Assembly (NCBI GenBank): GCA_963827755.1
Contig: CAWHCQ010000031.1
Coordinates: 1 to 64,000 of the forward strand
DNA from: an uncultured Gammaproteobacteria bacterium
GTDB taxonomy: Bacteria; Pseudomonadota; Gammaproteobacteria; UBA9214
Reading direction: 5' to 3'
Length of the DNA: 64,000 nucleotides
A program made the position numbers and the translations under genes. A model generated the notes under the pieces. The model saw nothing but the letters and a program-made list of their open reading frames with translations, was not told the DNA's origin and searched no databases. The number at the start of each line of letters is the position of its first letter. Position 1 is the stretch's first letter. Of this stretch, positions 43,698 to 54,207 are shown piece by piece.

Positions 43698-45065
43698 CTA
43701 TGGCAAGTCGGACTCGTTGAAGTGCCGTTTATCCACCTTCAAATAGGCGATGCCCTCCTCCTCAACCACAACCACCTCGGAAACTCCTTGCAGCGCAGAT
43801 AGTTGCCGGGACAAGGCCTCAGCGCCGACCTGCACCCCTGTACCAATCCTGTAGAGATAGGTACTGAGTTTTGCCGGCAGTGTCATCGAGGCAGCCAGCA
43901 GCAGCCACGCCAGTGTACCCAGTCCCGCCCAGAGAAAAACAGCATGCAGCCCTGACAGACCGTGTAAGACACCCCCCAATGTACCCCCCAGGAATACGCC
44001 CAGGAACTGTGCGCTGGAATAAACCCCCATGGCCGTACCGCGACAGTCAACCGGCGCAACGCGGGACACCAGTGACGGCAACATCGCCTCGAGCAGGTTG
44101 ATTGCGATAAAGAACACGACCAGCAAGACCGCCATACTGACGAGACTGACCGGCAGCAGATACAACCCCAGCTCCGCCATGGCCAGCAGGCCAATGGCCA
44201 GCAGCAGTACCACCCGGAGATGGCCCTTGCGTTCCGCAAGGATGATCAACGGCAACATGCCGAGCACGGAACACACCAGTACCGGCAGGTAGAGCTTCCA
44301 GTGATCGGCCGAGGCGATACCCGCCTCGTCACGCAATACCAGCGGCATGACCACGAAACTTGCCGTCAGCACGGCATGTAATACAAGGATGCCGGCATCG
44401 AGGCGCAATAAATCCGGGTGACTCAGAATGCGCCCCAACTGTGCCGGGATGGTCTCGGCCTCGCGGTGCGGTCGACTTGACGAGGGTTGCGGCACCACAA
44501 AGGCCACGACCAGCACCCCGGCCAGGGCGAGACCGACCGTAATCCAGAAAATGCCGGGGACACCGACCCATTCGTTCAGCACCGGCCCGAGGATCATGGC
44601 CGCGGCAAAGGCCAGGCCAATGCTCATGCCGATCAGCGCCATCGCCTTGATGCGGTGTTCCTCGCGGGTCAGGTCCGCGGTCAGTGCCATGACAGCGGCG
44701 GCAATTGCCCCGGCTCCCTGCAGGGCACGACCGAGGATGACTATATAGATGGAGTCCGCCAGCGCGGCCACCAGGCTGCCGACGGCAAATATCAGCAGGC
44801 CGCCGATAATGACGGGTTTGCGCCCGATGCGGTCGGACAGCAGGCCGGCGGGTATCTGCAGGGCGGCCTGGGTGAGACCATAGGCACCCAGGGCCAGTCC
44901 GGCCAGCGCCGGGGTAACCCCTTCAAGGTCAGCCGCATACAGCGCAAATACCGGCAGGATCATGAACAGGCCGAGCATGCGCAGGGCGTAAACACTTGAA
45001 AGTGAAAGCGCTGCGCGCCACTCGACGCGGCTCATGCCAATTCCCTGGTCTCCTGCCTGACTCAC
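43698..45065 (-). CDS. MFS transporter (YajR-like)
   Basis: LRMLGLFMILPVF, motif A SDRIGRKP and C-terminal YLKVD domain. Start reset to GTG 45065 after AGAGG (ATG 45035 is an alternative). Confidence 0.88.
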   Translation of the reverse strand: MSQAGDQGIGMSRVEWRAALSLSSVYALRMLGLFMILPVFALYAADLEGVTPALAGLALGAYGLTQAALQIPAGLLSDRIGRKPVIIGGLLIFAVGSLVAALADSIYIVILGRALQGAGAIAAAVMALTADLTREEHRIKAMALIGMSIGLAFAAAMILGPVLNEWVGVPGIFWITVGLALAGVLVVAFVVPQPSSSRPHREAETIPAQLGRILSHPDLLRLDAGILVLHAVLTASFVVMPLVLRDEAGIASADHWKLYLPVLVCSVLGMLPLIILAERKGHLRVVLLLAIGLLAMAELGLYLLPVSLVSMAVLLVVFFIAINLLEAMLPSLVSRVAPVDCRGTAMGVYSSAQFLGVFLGGTLGGVLHGLSGLHAVFLWAGLGTLAWLLLAASMTLPAKLSTYLYRIGTGVQVGAEALSRQLSALQGVSEVVVVEEEGIAYLKVDKRHFNESDLP

Positions 45066-45138
45066 GCGCCCGCTATCCTCTTTGTACAGCCGTCCGAAAA
45101 CGCCGTATATTAACAGGTTGCTGTTTTTCAAGTGAGAC

Positions 45139-48003
45139 ATGATGGATACGATTTCAATCCGCGGCGCCAGGACCCATAACCTGCAAAATGTTGACCTGGA
45201 CCTGCCGCGCGACAAACTGATCATCATCACCGGCCTGTCGGGGTCCGGAAAGTCCTCGCTCGCCTTCGACACCATCTATGCCGAGGGGCAACGCCGTTAC
45301 GTGGAGTCCCTGTCCGCCTATGCACGGCAATTCCTGTCGATGATGGAAAAACCGGATGTCGACCATATCGAGGGCCTGTCACCGGCCATCTCCATCGAAC
45401 AGAAATCGACCTCGCACAACCCGCGCTCCACCGTCGGCACCATCACCGAAATCTATGACTACCTGCGCCTGATGTATGCGCGCGTCGGCACGCCGCATTG
45501 CCCGGAACATGACAACGTACTGGAGGCACAAACGGTCAGCCAGATGGTTGATCATGTGCTGACCCTGCCGGAAGGCAGCCGCATGATACTGCTGGCACCC
45601 GTGGTCGAGGCACGCAAGGGCGAGCATGTCCAGGTCCTGGAGGAATTGCGTGCCCAGGGTTTTGTACGTGCGCGCATCGACGGCAAGGTTGTTGATCTTG
45701 ACCAGACACCAAAACTCGACCTGCGCCGCAAGCATGTCATCGAGGCCGTTGTTGACCGTTTCAAGGTACGCCCTGACCTGCAGCAACGTCTTGCAGAATC
45801 ATTTGAAACCGCGCTGCACCTGTCTGACGGCCTGGCACGCATTGCCTGGATGGATCATGCCGACAGGGAAGAGTTGCTGTTCTCGGCGAAATTTGCCTGT
45901 CCGCAATGCGGCTACTCCCTGTCCGAACTGGAGCCGCGGTTATTCTCTTTCAACAACCCGGCCGGCGCCTGCCCTGAATGTGACGGCCTCGGCGTACGCC
46001 AGTACTTTGATCCGGATCGCGTGGTCGCCCATCCCGAACTCAGCCTTGCGGGTGGCGCCATCCGTGGCTGGGACCGGCGCAATGCCTATTATTCACAGTT
46101 GATCGCCTCGCTCGCAGAGCACTATGGTTTCGATATCGAGACACCCTTCAACGAACTCCCCGGGGATATTCGGGAGATCATCCTGCATGGCAGCGGCGAT
46201 GAAGTCATCCGTTTCAACTATCTGAATGAACGCCGCGGCATGGTGGTGCGCAAGCATACCTTCGAGGGCATCATCCCGAACATGAAACGCCGCTACCGGG
46301 AAACGGAATCTTCCACGGTTCGCGAGGAACTGGCACGTTACCTCAGCAACCACGCCTGCCCGGACTGCAACGGCGCACGCCTGAACCTGGCTGCGCGGCA
46401 TGTCACGGTGAACGGCCAGACCCTGCCCCAGATAACTGCCCTGCCGGTCGGCTCCAGCAAGCAGCTGTTTGCAGAACTGCATCTCAAGGGCCGGCGCGGT
46501 GAAATTGCCGAAAAGATTCTCAAGGAAATCAATCTGCGCCTTTCGTTTCTCGTCAACGTTGGCCTTGACTACCTGTCGCTGGACCGCAGTGCAGAAACAC
46601 TCTCCGGCGGCGAGGCCCAGCGGATCCGGCTGGCAAGCCAGATCGGTGCCGGGCTGGTCGGTGTCATGTATGTTCTGGACGAACCTTCCATCGGCCTGCA
46701 TCAACGTGACAACCAGCGTCTGCTGAATACGCTCACCCACCTGCGCGACCTCGGCAATACCGTTATCGTCATCGAGCATGATGAAGAGGCCATTCGTGCC
46801 GGTGATCATGTCGTCGATGTTGGACCCGGCGCCGGTATACACGGCGGGCGAATCGTCTCGCAGGGAACACCGGCGGAGATTATTGCCGACAGGAATTCAC
46901 TGACGGGGCGTTATCTTTCCGGCCGCGAGTCGATCGCCATACCGGCACAGACCTGCAAGCATGATCCGGACAAGATGCTGGTCATCCGCGCGGCCAGCGG
47001 GAACAACCTGAAGTCGGTCACCGCAAGAATTCCGGTAGGCCTGATGACCTGTGTCACCGGCGTCTCCGGCTCCGGCAAGTCGACGCTCATCAACGACACG
47101 CTTTACCGTCGCGCCGCACAGGTACTCAACAAGGCATCCGTACAAGCGGCCGCCTGCGATGACATCGAAGGGCTGGAACAGTTTGACAAGATTGTCGATA
47201 TTGACCAGAGCCCGATAGGCCGCACGCCGCGCTCCAATCCCGCCACCTACACCGGACTGTTCACGCCGATCCGGGAATTGTTTGCCGCCACCCAGGAGGC
47301 GCGCGCACGCGGCTACAAACCCGGGCGTTTCAGCTTCAATGTCAAGGGTGGCCGTTGCGAGGCCTGCCAGGGTGATGGTCTCATCAAGGTCGAAATGCAT
47401 TTCCTGCCGGACATCTACGTGCCCTGCGATGTTTGCAAGGGGAAGCGCTACAACCGGGAAACCCTGGAAGTCCGTTACAAGGGCAAGAACATCAACGAAG
47501 TGCTGAAAATGACGGTCGAGGATGCACTGCCCTTCTTCAGCCCGATCCCGACCGTTGCCCGCAAGCTGCAAACACTGATGGACGTTGGTCTCTCCTACCT
47601 CAAGCTTGGACAGAACGCGACGACCCTGTCCGGTGGCGAAGCACAGCGCATCAAGCTGGCACGCGAACTCTCAAAACGTGATACCGGCAAGACGCTTTAC
47701 ATCCTTGACGAACCAACGACCGGGCTGCACTTTCACGACATTGCACAGTTGCTTACCGTGCTGCACCGGCTGCGTGATCACGGCAACACCATTATCGTGA
47801 TCGAACACAACCTGGATGTCATCAAGACGGCCGACTGGATCATCGACCTGGGACCGGAAGGCGGCACCCGTGGCGGTGAAATCGTGGTCACTGGCCCGCC
47901 TGCGGAGGTCGCCAGGCACAAGGCGTCATACACCGGGCAGTATCTGAAACACACGCTGGAGCAGCACCAGCGGCGCGCAGTCAGGCAGGCGAAGGCCGGC
48001 TAG
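45139..48003 (+). CDS. uvrA: Excinuclease ABC subunit A
   Basis: Two ABC domains ([27 protein letters not shown] twice) and Zn fingers. Confidence 0.98.
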   Translation: MMDTISIRGARTHNLQNVDLDLPRDKLIIITGLSGSGKSSLAFDTIYAEGQRRYVESLSAYARQFLSMMEKPDVDHIEGLSPAISIEQKSTSHNPRSTVGTITEIYDYLRLMYARVGTPHCPEHDNVLEAQTVSQMVDHVLTLPEGSRMILLAPVVEARKGEHVQVLEELRAQGFVRARIDGKVVDLDQTPKLDLRRKHVIEAVVDRFKVRPDLQQRLAESFETALHLSDGLARIAWMDHADREELLFSAKFACPQCGYSLSELEPRLFSFNNPAGACPECDGLGVRQYFDPDRVVAHPELSLAGGAIRGWDRRNAYYSQLIASLAEHYGFDIETPFNELPGDIREIILHGSGDEVIRFNYLNERRGMVVRKHTFEGIIPNMKRRYRETESSTVREELARYLSNHACPDCNGARLNLAARHVTVNGQTLPQITALPVGSSKQLFAELHLKGRRGEIAEKILKEINLRLSFLVNVGLDYLSLDRSAETLSGGEAQRIRLASQIGAGLVGVMYVLDEPSIGLHQRDNQRLLNTLTHLRDLGNTVIVIEHDEEAIRAGDHVVDVGPGAGIHGGRIVSQGTPAEIIADRNSLTGRYLSGRESIAIPAQTCKHDPDKMLVIRAASGNNLKSVTARIPVGLMTCVTGVSGSGKSTLINDTLYRRAAQVLNKASVQAAACDDIEGLEQFDKIVDIDQSPIGRTPRSNPATYTGLFTPIRELFAATQEARARGYKPGRFSFNVKGGRCEACQGDGLIKVEMHFLPDIYVPCDVCKGKRYNRETLEVRYKGKNINEVLKMTVEDALPFFSPIPTVARKLQTLMDVGLSYLKLGQNATTLSGGEAQRIKLARELSKRDTGKTLYILDEPTTGLHFHDIAQLLTVLHRLRDHGNTIIVIEHNLDVIKTADWIIDLGPEGGTRGGEIVVTGPPAEVARHKASYTGQYLKHTLEQHQRRAVRQAKAG

Positions 48004-48020
48004 CCGGCCTCACCTGTTCC

Positions 48021-48076
48021 GTAGGCGGATCTCATCCGCGATGATCGGTCGGCCCATCGCGCTGCGAGGCTCCTAC
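48021..48076. repeat. GTAG-type REP pair (REPIN-like) between convergent genes
   Basis: GTAGGCGGATCTCATCCGCGA...TCGCGCTGCGAGGCTCCTAC: GTAG/CTAC ends with internal palindromes. Confidence 0.55.
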
Positions 48077-48110
48077 ATCGTCGCTTGAGAAGCGCCTGAG
48101 GCGCGAAGCT

Positions 48111-48836
48111 TCAATCAGGCCGGGTCAATGCGTCACCGTTATTCACACCAAGCACTTCGGCCGCACTGCCCCGGCTCACCGCGATCTCAACAAGGCCATT
48201 GGAATTCTCGTACCAGAAGGCTTCACCCGCGCCGACGCTTGAGAAGGTACGCGCCTGTTTTATTGTCCGGTTATTGACTTCAAGAACGGCATGCCCGTCA
48301 ACAGCGGAGGCACGCACACCGGTAATCAGGTTTCCGAACCGGTCTGTATAAACGACGCGGAATAAGTCGTCCGGCCACTCCGGCTGCTCAAGCCGGTCTG
48401 TCGAAACCGGCTTGCCATTACAACTGCCGTTTCGCGCCAGCTGTGCGGCAACCGGTGCAAACACGTCACGTCCATGAAAACTGCTCGAGGCGCCGGCCGG
48501 TACGGGTAACTGCCAGCACCCGGTTTTCCCGGCCCGCCTGGCAAGCAGCGCAAACAAACCTTCATTCGGACCGACAAACCACCGTCCATCGGCCCTGACC
48601 ACCACGCCCGGCCGGTCACCGCCAACCCCGGGATCAACCACGCAGAGGAAAACACTTCCGGGTTTGAATCCGCAACTATAGGCCGGCAATAGATACGCGG
48701 CGGCCCGAATATCAAACGGGGGCAGGTCAGAGAACAGGTTGATGACAGGTATGGCGGGCGCCTGCTGCTGCAACACGGCCTGCACCTGGCCGGTATAGGG
48801 CCCTTCAAGACCAAAATCAGTGAACAATACAATCAT
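48111..48836 (-). CDS. DUF62-family SAM hydrolase (SAM hydroxide adenosyltransferase)
   Basis: LFTDFG, VVDPGVGGDR, FHGRDVFAP and DRFGNLIT. Confidence 0.88.
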   Translation of the reverse strand: MIVLFTDFGLEGPYTGQVQAVLQQQAPAIPVINLFSDLPPFDIRAAAYLLPAYSCGFKPGSVFLCVVDPGVGGDRPGVVVRADGRWFVGPNEGLFALLARRAGKTGCWQLPVPAGASSSFHGRDVFAPVAAQLARNGSCNGKPVSTDRLEQPEWPDDLFRVVYTDRFGNLITGVRASAVDGHAVLEVNNRTIKQARTFSSVGAGEAFWYENSNGLVEIAVSRGSAAEVLGVNNGDALTRPD

Positions 48837-48930
48837 CAACAGACCGGAATATTTCAGGTTACAGGATATCGACAACAGGTCTTCACAACACCGCCGGAAT
48901 AATAACCGTTAACCGGGACCAGCGCGCTTC

Positions 48931-49647
48931 TCAGGGCAACCATCCCCCGGTGGCCTGGACGGGCGCCGGATTTCCCGGCTCACTGATCCACAGCGCGATG
49001 CCATGACGCTGTACCGGCTGTTGCGCTATCGCGGGCAAGATCACCTCCCAGGTTCCATTCGATGAAGGATATACCTTGTGCGCGAGGGCGATGAATTCCT
49101 GTGCAAGCGTACGGTTCCTGTTCTCGCCTCGCGTAACCTCGGTCTCGATACCAAAACCGAGCATGGCAACGTGAAGCTCCAGGGGTCGATCCGTAGCCGG
49201 GAAACCGGCACTGAGCCGGTCACCTGCAATACGAACTGACAGGTTTCCCGGTTCCCTGTCGCTGGCTCGCGGCTGCAGCCGCAGGGTCCAGCCGCGCCAT
49301 TCACGCCCGTTTACAAAAAACCCCGGCGTATAGATGGTCCGGGTTCGCCCGGCCCTGGCATAGTCGCGCTGGCGTTTGCCATGCTCCTTGCGCGCGAAAA
49401 TATCCTTCCAGCCAATGTTATCCCAGTAATCCACGTGCAGGGCTACCGGTACCACGCTGTTCCACAACTCATCGCTATCAAGGTATTCATTAAACCAGCG
49501 TTCGGCCGGCGGGCAGCTGCTGCAGCCCTGGGAGGTGAAGAGTTCGAGCAGGGTCACCTGGCGGGTGCCGCTGTTCAGCTGGATATCCCCTGCAGCGGCA
49601 TGGCCGATGAACAACAGCAGAACAAGACATGCAAGGCGTATTGGCAT
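48931..49647 (-). CDS. Exported thioredoxin-like DUF1223 protein
   Basis: Signal peptide, ELFTSQGCSSCPPA, HVDYWD and YTP. Confidence 0.85.
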   Translation of the reverse strand: MPIRLACLVLLLFIGHAAAGDIQLNSGTRQVTLLELFTSQGCSSCPPAERWFNEYLDSDELWNSVVPVALHVDYWDNIGWKDIFARKEHGKRQRDYARAGRTRTIYTPGFFVNGREWRGWTLRLQPRASDREPGNLSVRIAGDRLSAGFPATDRPLELHVAMLGFGIETEVTRGENRNRTLAQEFIALAHKVYPSSNGTWEVILPAIAQQPVQRHGIALWISEPGNPAPVQATGGWLP

Positions 49648-49767
49648 AGTATGGATTCCAGCGGGTGGTGGCGATTGATAACATCATGAAGCGTCCACCT
49701 CACTTCATTATATCCGGATCATGCACCGACAGAGTTCTGACTCCGTGCAGGCCATTTGAGTTCAACC

Positions 49768-50061
49768 ATGAAAGCAACTGCTGAATTACAGGTTATTCCG
49801 ATTGGCGATGGCGTGTCTGTCAGGAAAGAGATCACCCGGGTCGTTGAACTGCTCCAGGGCCATGCGATCACCCTGGAAACGCATGCCTCCGGCACCAATA
49901 TCGAGGGGGAGCTTGCCGCCATCCTCGCCGCCGTCGAGCACATCCATACCACCCTGCATGCCGAGGGCAGCGTCCGCCTTGTCAGTTACCTGAAACTGGA
50001 AACCCGCACCGACAAGACACCGACACTGGCCGGGAAGAAACTCCAGGCGCAGGATCCGTGA
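49768..50061 (+). CDS. Thiamine-binding protein family (MTH1187/YqgV-like)
   Basis: QVIPIG, HASGTNIEG and KLETRTDK pattern; about 97 aa. Confidence 0.8.
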   Translation: MKATAELQVIPIGDGVSVRKEITRVVELLQGHAITLETHASGTNIEGELAAILAAVEHIHTTLHAEGSVRLVSYLKLETRTDKTPTLAGKKLQAQDP

Positions 50062-50124
50062 ACACCGGGTTATCATCTTGTTCTGTCCTGGAAGTACGGG
50101 CAGAGATCAACTATAAATGCCTGG

Positions 50125-50370
50125 TTAGTTAGTTTCGCCTTCTTCCTCTCCTTTGCTGAACTGGCATTGCCAATGAAACGCCTGTGCCAGGATAGCAACC
50201 AACCCAACCAAAGCGACCAGAAAAGGAAATAAATAGGGTGACATGTCGACCTGGTGAGAGACGGCTATATGAAGCGTGTAAATAAAGCCGACCAGTAACA
50301 GGAACTTCAAAAAACACGCAAAAGGACACCTGCTGGCGCGGTGAAATACCCTAGTAATCAAAGTTGACAC
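50125..50370 (-). CDS. Hypothetical two-TM small membrane protein (81 aa)
   Basis: Strong SD GGAGGT a few nt before GTG 50370; two hydrophobic segments and an acidic tail. Confidence 0.55.
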   Translation of the reverse strand: MSTLITRVFHRASRCPFACFLKFLLLVGFIYTLHIAVSHQVDMSPYLFPFLVALVGLVAILAQAFHWQCQFSKGEEEGETN

Positions 50371-50421
50371 GGTTACCTCCCTGGCTGGCATATCCGGGTA
50401 TCCGGATGCCTGCAAATCCGA

Positions 50422-50649
50422 CTAATCTTTGGATAATGATGCAGTCCACCAGTGCCAGCCTCGCCCGTGACTGCCGGACTGATTCTCCGCCCGTGCCCTG
50501 GCGCTGGATTGATCGAATGGCTGAATGGAATTTTTCTCTGCCTGCATCCTTGCATGAAGAGACTCGATCAATTGACTGTCAACCTTCGCAAAATAGATAT
50601 CCTCAGCCGCCTGCTCTGCAAGCCTGAGCTTTGTAACAAAATCACTCAT
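50422..50649 (-). CDS. Hypothetical 75-aa protein with an IF1-like helical motif
   Basis: SD GAGGT before ATG 50649; sequence begins MSDFVTKLRLAEQAAEDIYFAKVDSQLIESL. Confidence 0.6.
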   Translation of the reverse strand: MSDFVTKLRLAEQAAEDIYFAKVDSQLIESLHARMQAEKNSIQPFDQSSARARAENQSGSHGRGWHWWTASLSKD

Positions 50650-50734
50650 AACTGACCTCGCTTTAGATATATAAGTAATCAATCAAATTCTAATTTAATA
50701 ATAGTACAACCATATCAAAATTTCATTAAAACCC

Positions 50735-50755
50735 GGTGCGGCATAATGTCGCACC
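50735..50755. promoter_or_regulatory. RegA/RegR/PrrA-type binding box
   Basis: Near-palindrome GGTGCGGCA-TAA-TGTCGCACC containing GCGGC-N5-GTCGC, in AT-rich intergenic DNA. Confidence 0.5.
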
Positions 50756-50815
50756 TTCGAAAGTGGCGCCGAAGCAGGACGCCATTAAGGCGGTGTTTCG
50801 ATCGTATATTGTTGT

Positions 50816-50828
50816 TAAGTCATTGATT
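50816..50828 (-). promoter_or_regulatory. Candidate IHF site
   Basis: Minus strand AATCAA-TGAC-TTA matches WATCAANNNNTTR; a similar match lies at 42685-42697. Confidence 0.4.
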
Positions 50829-50960
50829 ATATTTATTTAAGCTAAGCAAGCGTTATGCGGGCAGGTAGAGACGCGCCACGGTTTTGAACATCGCCCGCAG
50901 GCGCTGCCCGGCATCGCAGCGGGGAATTTGCGCGCCGGCGCCCGCTCCTGCGCCAGGCAT

Positions 50961-50986
50961 AAAAAAACCGGGCTTTGCCCGGTTTT
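50961..50986 (-). terminator. Intrinsic terminator of the alpha operon
   Basis: Minus strand CCGGGC-AAA-GCCCGG hairpin followed by T7, downstream of rplQ. Confidence 0.85.
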
Positions 50987-51022
50987 CCTGATCCCGCACA
51001 TCGGGATTATGCAATTGTTTAG

Positions 51023-51409
51023 CTACTGCGCAGCCGTGTCAGCATCAACTTCCGGACGATCGACCAGCTCGACATAGGCCATGGGGGCCTTGTCACCGGT
51101 GCGGTAGCCCATTTTCAGGATGCGCAGGTAACCGCCCGGGCGTTCCTTGTAACGCGGACCCAGCTCATTGAACAGCTTGGTCACGATGTCGCGATCGCGC
51201 AAACGATCAAAGGCAATCCGGCGCTTGTGCACAGAATCATTCTTCGCCATGGTGATAAACGGCTCGGCAACACGCCGCAGCTCCTTCGCCCTGGGCAAGG
51301 TAGTCCTGATCACCTCGTGGCGCAGCAGTGACACCGTCATGTTCTTGAACATGGCCTTGCGATGCGAGCTGTTACGATTTAATTGCCGCCCTGACTTACG
51401 ATGACGCAT
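51023..51409 (-). CDS. rplQ: 50S ribosomal protein L17
   Basis: [17 protein letters not shown]. Confidence 0.98.
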   Translation of the reverse strand: MRHRKSGRQLNRNSSHRKAMFKNMTVSLLRHEVIRTTLPRAKELRRVAEPFITMAKNDSVHKRRIAFDRLRDRDIVTKLFNELGPRYKERPGGYLRILKMGYRTGDKAPMAYVELVDRPEVDADTAAQ

Positions 51410-51438
51410 TTTTCTGTACCTTTACTTGTGATAGTTGC

Positions 51439-52446
51439 CTAAGCGCTGGCTGCTTCGTTTTCCTTGCTACCCAGGCTGGCCGGTGGCCAGTTCTCCAGGC
51501 GCATACCCAGCGACAATCCCTTGGTAGCCAGGACGTCCTTGATCTCAGTCAACGACTTCTTGCCCAGATTCGGCGTCTTTAGCAGTTCGACTTCGGTACG
51601 CTGTATCAGGTCACCGATAAAATAAATACTTTCTGCCTTGAGGCAGTTTGCCGAACGCACCGTCAGCTCCAGGTCATCGACCGGGCGCAGCAGGATCGGG
51701 TCAATATTGGCTTCCGGAGCAACCGTTGATACTTCAGGGCTGGCCTGCAGATTGACGAAAGCCCCGAGCTGATCCTGCAATATGGTTGCAGCATGGCGAA
51801 TCGCTTCTTCGGGATCAATGGTACCGTTTGTCTCGATATCGATTATCAGCTTGTCAAGGTCGGTACGCTGCTCGACGCGGGCACGATCGACGTTATACGA
51901 GATACGGCTGACAGGACTAAACGATGCATCAAGCTGCAGTCTTCCGATTGTGTGACCCTCGCTTTCCTCATCGATACGTCTCGTGACCGGCTGATAACCC
52001 CTGTCCTTGGCGATCTTGAGCGTCATATTCAACTCACCGGCCTTGGTCAGGTTGGCGATCACGTGATCCGGGTTGACGATTTCGACGTCATGATCGAGCT
52101 TGATGTCACCGGCAGTGACAGGGCCCGGGCCTTTTTTACTCAGCGAAAGGGTTGCTTCCTTGCGATTGTGCATCCGCAGTGAAACCTTCTTCAGGTTGAG
52201 CAGAATATCGATGACATCTTCCTGCACACCTTCGATAGTTGAGTACTCGTGCTCGACGCCTTCTATCTGGACTTCAGTGACAGCAGCACCCGGCATGGAT
52301 GACAGCAGGATTCGACGCAAGGCATTGCCGAGCGTATGGCCGAAACCACGCTCCAGGGGTTCCAGCGTTACCCTGGCGTGCTTGTCATTGACCACATTTA
52401 CATCGACGATGCGTGGTTTCAGGAATTCAGAAACATTACCCGGCAT
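51439..52446 (-). CDS. rpoA: RNA polymerase alpha subunit
   Basis: [18 protein letters not shown] and [12 protein letters not shown]. Confidence 0.98.
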   Translation of the reverse strand: MPGNVSEFLKPRIVDVNVVNDKHARVTLEPLERGFGHTLGNALRRILLSSMPGAAVTEVQIEGVEHEYSTIEGVQEDVIDILLNLKKVSLRMHNRKEATLSLSKKGPGPVTAGDIKLDHDVEIVNPDHVIANLTKAGELNMTLKIAKDRGYQPVTRRIDEESEGHTIGRLQLDASFSPVSRISYNVDRARVEQRTDLDKLIIDIETNGTIDPEEAIRHAATILQDQLGAFVNLQASPEVSTVAPEANIDPILLRPVDDLELTVRSANCLKAESIYFIGDLIQRTEVELLKTPNLGKKSLTEIKDVLATKGLSLGMRLENWPPASLGSKENEAASA

Positions 52447-52464
52447 TGAGAAATTCCTCGATTA

Positions 52465-53091
52465 TTACTTTGAATACAACTCGACAATGAGGTGCTCGTT
52501 GATATCGGCGGGCATCTCACCACGTTCAGGACGCGTCTTGTACACGCCCTCCATCTTTTTCGCATCAACGTCAATCCAGTCTGCAATACCGCGTTGCTGG
52601 GCCAGATCAATAGCGGCCTTGATACGCAACTGCTCGCGGGCCTTTGCATTGACGGCAACCACGTCATTTGGCCGAACCTGGTAGGACGGAATATTGACCC
52701 GTGAACCATTGATACTGATACCGTTATGACGCACCAGCTGACGGGACTCGCTGCGAGACGCGGAAAAACCCATGCGGTACACGACATTATCAAGCCGGCC
52801 TTCAAGCAACTGCAGCAGGATCTCACCCGTAGAACCCTTGGTGGCGGCAGCCTGCTTGTAGTAATTCCTGAATTGCCGTTCCAGCACACCATAGATACGG
52901 CGCAGCTTCTGTTTCTCGCGCAACTGGGTGGCATAGTCAGAAAGTCGCGTACGGCGCTGGCCATGTTGCCCCGGCGGGAATGGACGTGTCTCTACTGCAC
53001 ATTTCGAGGTGAAGCATTTCTCACCCTTGAGATACAGCTTGCCCCCCTCGCGGCGACATTGCCGGCATTTCGATCCAGTGTACTTTGCCAT
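52465..53091 (-). CDS. rpsD: 30S ribosomal protein S4
   Basis: [27 protein letters not shown] and IVELYSK. Confidence 0.97.
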   Translation of the reverse strand: MAKYTGSKCRQCRREGGKLYLKGEKCFTSKCAVETRPFPPGQHGQRRTRLSDYATQLREKQKLRRIYGVLERQFRNYYKQAAATKGSTGEILLQLLEGRLDNVVYRMGFSASRSESRQLVRHNGISINGSRVNIPSYQVRPNDVVAVNAKAREQLRIKAAIDLAQQRGIADWIDVDAKKMEGVYKTRPERGEMPADINEHLIVELYSK

Positions 53092-53105
53092 GTTCTGCTT
53101 CCTTC

Positions 53106-53489
53106 CTAGACGCGACGACGTTTCGGTGGACGACACCCGTTATGCGGTATCGGCGTCACGTCAGTAATGTTGGTAATCTGAAACCCGGCATTGTTCAATG
53201 CACGGACAGCTGATTCTCGACCAGGTCCCGGACCCTTGACCTCAACCTCGAGATTCTTCAGGCCGTATTCCTTCACTTTCTCACCGGCTTTTTCAGCAGC
53301 AACCTGTGCTGCGAACGGCGTGCTCTTGCGCGAGCCGCGAAACCCGGAGCCACCTGCAGTTGCCCAGGCCAGCGCATTACCCTGGCGATCCGTGATCATG
53401 ATAATGGTGTTATTGAACGACGCGTGGATATGGGCAATCCCGTCAGCGATATCCTTCTTCACTTTTTTCTTTGTTGGTGTCTTTGCCAT
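53106..53489 (-). CDS. rpsK: 30S ribosomal protein S11
   Basis: HASFNNT and [13 protein letters not shown]. Confidence 0.98.
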   Translation of the reverse strand: MAKTPTKKKVKKDIADGIAHIHASFNNTIIMITDRQGNALAWATAGGSGFRGSRKSTPFAAQVAAEKAGEKVKEYGLKNLEVEVKGPGPGRESAVRALNNAGFQITNITDVTPIPHNGCRPPKRRRV

Positions 53490-53529
53490 ACCTAGTGTCC
53501 GGTAACAGATTCGGTTAGTTGATCAATCA

Positions 53530-53886
53530 TCACTTGCGGATCGGGCGTTTTGGCCCTTTGCGGGTCCGTGCATTGGTGCGCGTACGCTGCCCCCGGAGTG
53601 GCAGGCCACGACGATGACGGATGCCACGGTAACAACCCAGGTCCATCAGCCGCTTGATGCTCATGGAAATAGTGCGGCGCAGGTCGCCTTCAATGGTGTA
53701 CCTGGTCAACGCACCGCGAATTTTCTCGATCTCGGCCTCGGTCAGATCCTTGATCTTCGTCTCGGGCTGAATACCGCTTTCATCACAAATCGTGCGCGCA
53801 GTATTACGTCCTATCCCGTAAATCCCGGTCAGGGCAATCACCGCATGCTTGTGCGGCGCAATATTAATTCCGGCAATACGTGCCAT
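53530..53886 (-). CDS. rpsM: 30S ribosomal protein S13
   Basis: MARIAGIN and [13 protein letters not shown]. Confidence 0.98.
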   Translation of the reverse strand: MARIAGINIAPHKHAVIALTGIYGIGRNTARTICDESGIQPETKIKDLTEAEIEKIRGALTRYTIEGDLRRTISMSIKRLMDLGCYRGIRHRRGLPLRGQRTRTNARTRKGPKRPIRK

Positions 53887-54057
53887 TTAAATCATCTCCA
53901 ACACGACGTTAGTAAACCCGGCGCGAAAAGCAGGGTAGGATAACTGCTAAGCGCCAACAAATCAAACCGGAACAGGCCCCTGCACTCCGTAGCCAGGTTC
54001 GCCTGAAAGGCAGATAACTTCATTTATTTCAATGCGTTGCTTGCTGCGCGCAGGCGC

Positions 54058-54171
54058 TCAGCCCTGACGCTGCTTGTGGCGTCCATCTTTGCAGATGACC
54101 CGCACCACACCATTGCGCCGGACGACCTTGCAGTTACGACAGATACGCTTGACTGAAGCACGTACTTTCAT
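54058..54171 (-). CDS. rpmJ: 50S ribosomal protein L36 (Zn-binding form, 37 aa)
   Basis: Manual translation [37 protein letters not shown]; below the ORF track cutoff. Confidence 0.97.
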   Translation of the reverse strand: MKVRASVKRICRNCKVVRRNGVVRVICKDGRHKQRQG

Positions 54172-54207
54172 CTCAATTCACCTTTAGTTAAACCCTGCAG
54201 CGACAAC

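Noticed and set aside
45066-45138. LexA SOS box upstream of uvrA
   Set aside because: The closest match, CCGT-ATATTA-ACAG, has the wrong half-site and spacing for CTGT-N8-ACAG.
45066-45275. N-terminal extension of the MFS ORF overlapping uvrA
   Set aside because: It overlaps the uvrA start on the opposite strand; a better SD-supported start exists at 45065.
48111-48836. SAM-dependent fluorinase or chlorinase
   Set aside because: It retains the Asp/Arg/His residues (VDPGVGGDR, FHGRD) typical of DUF62 hydrolases rather than halogenases.
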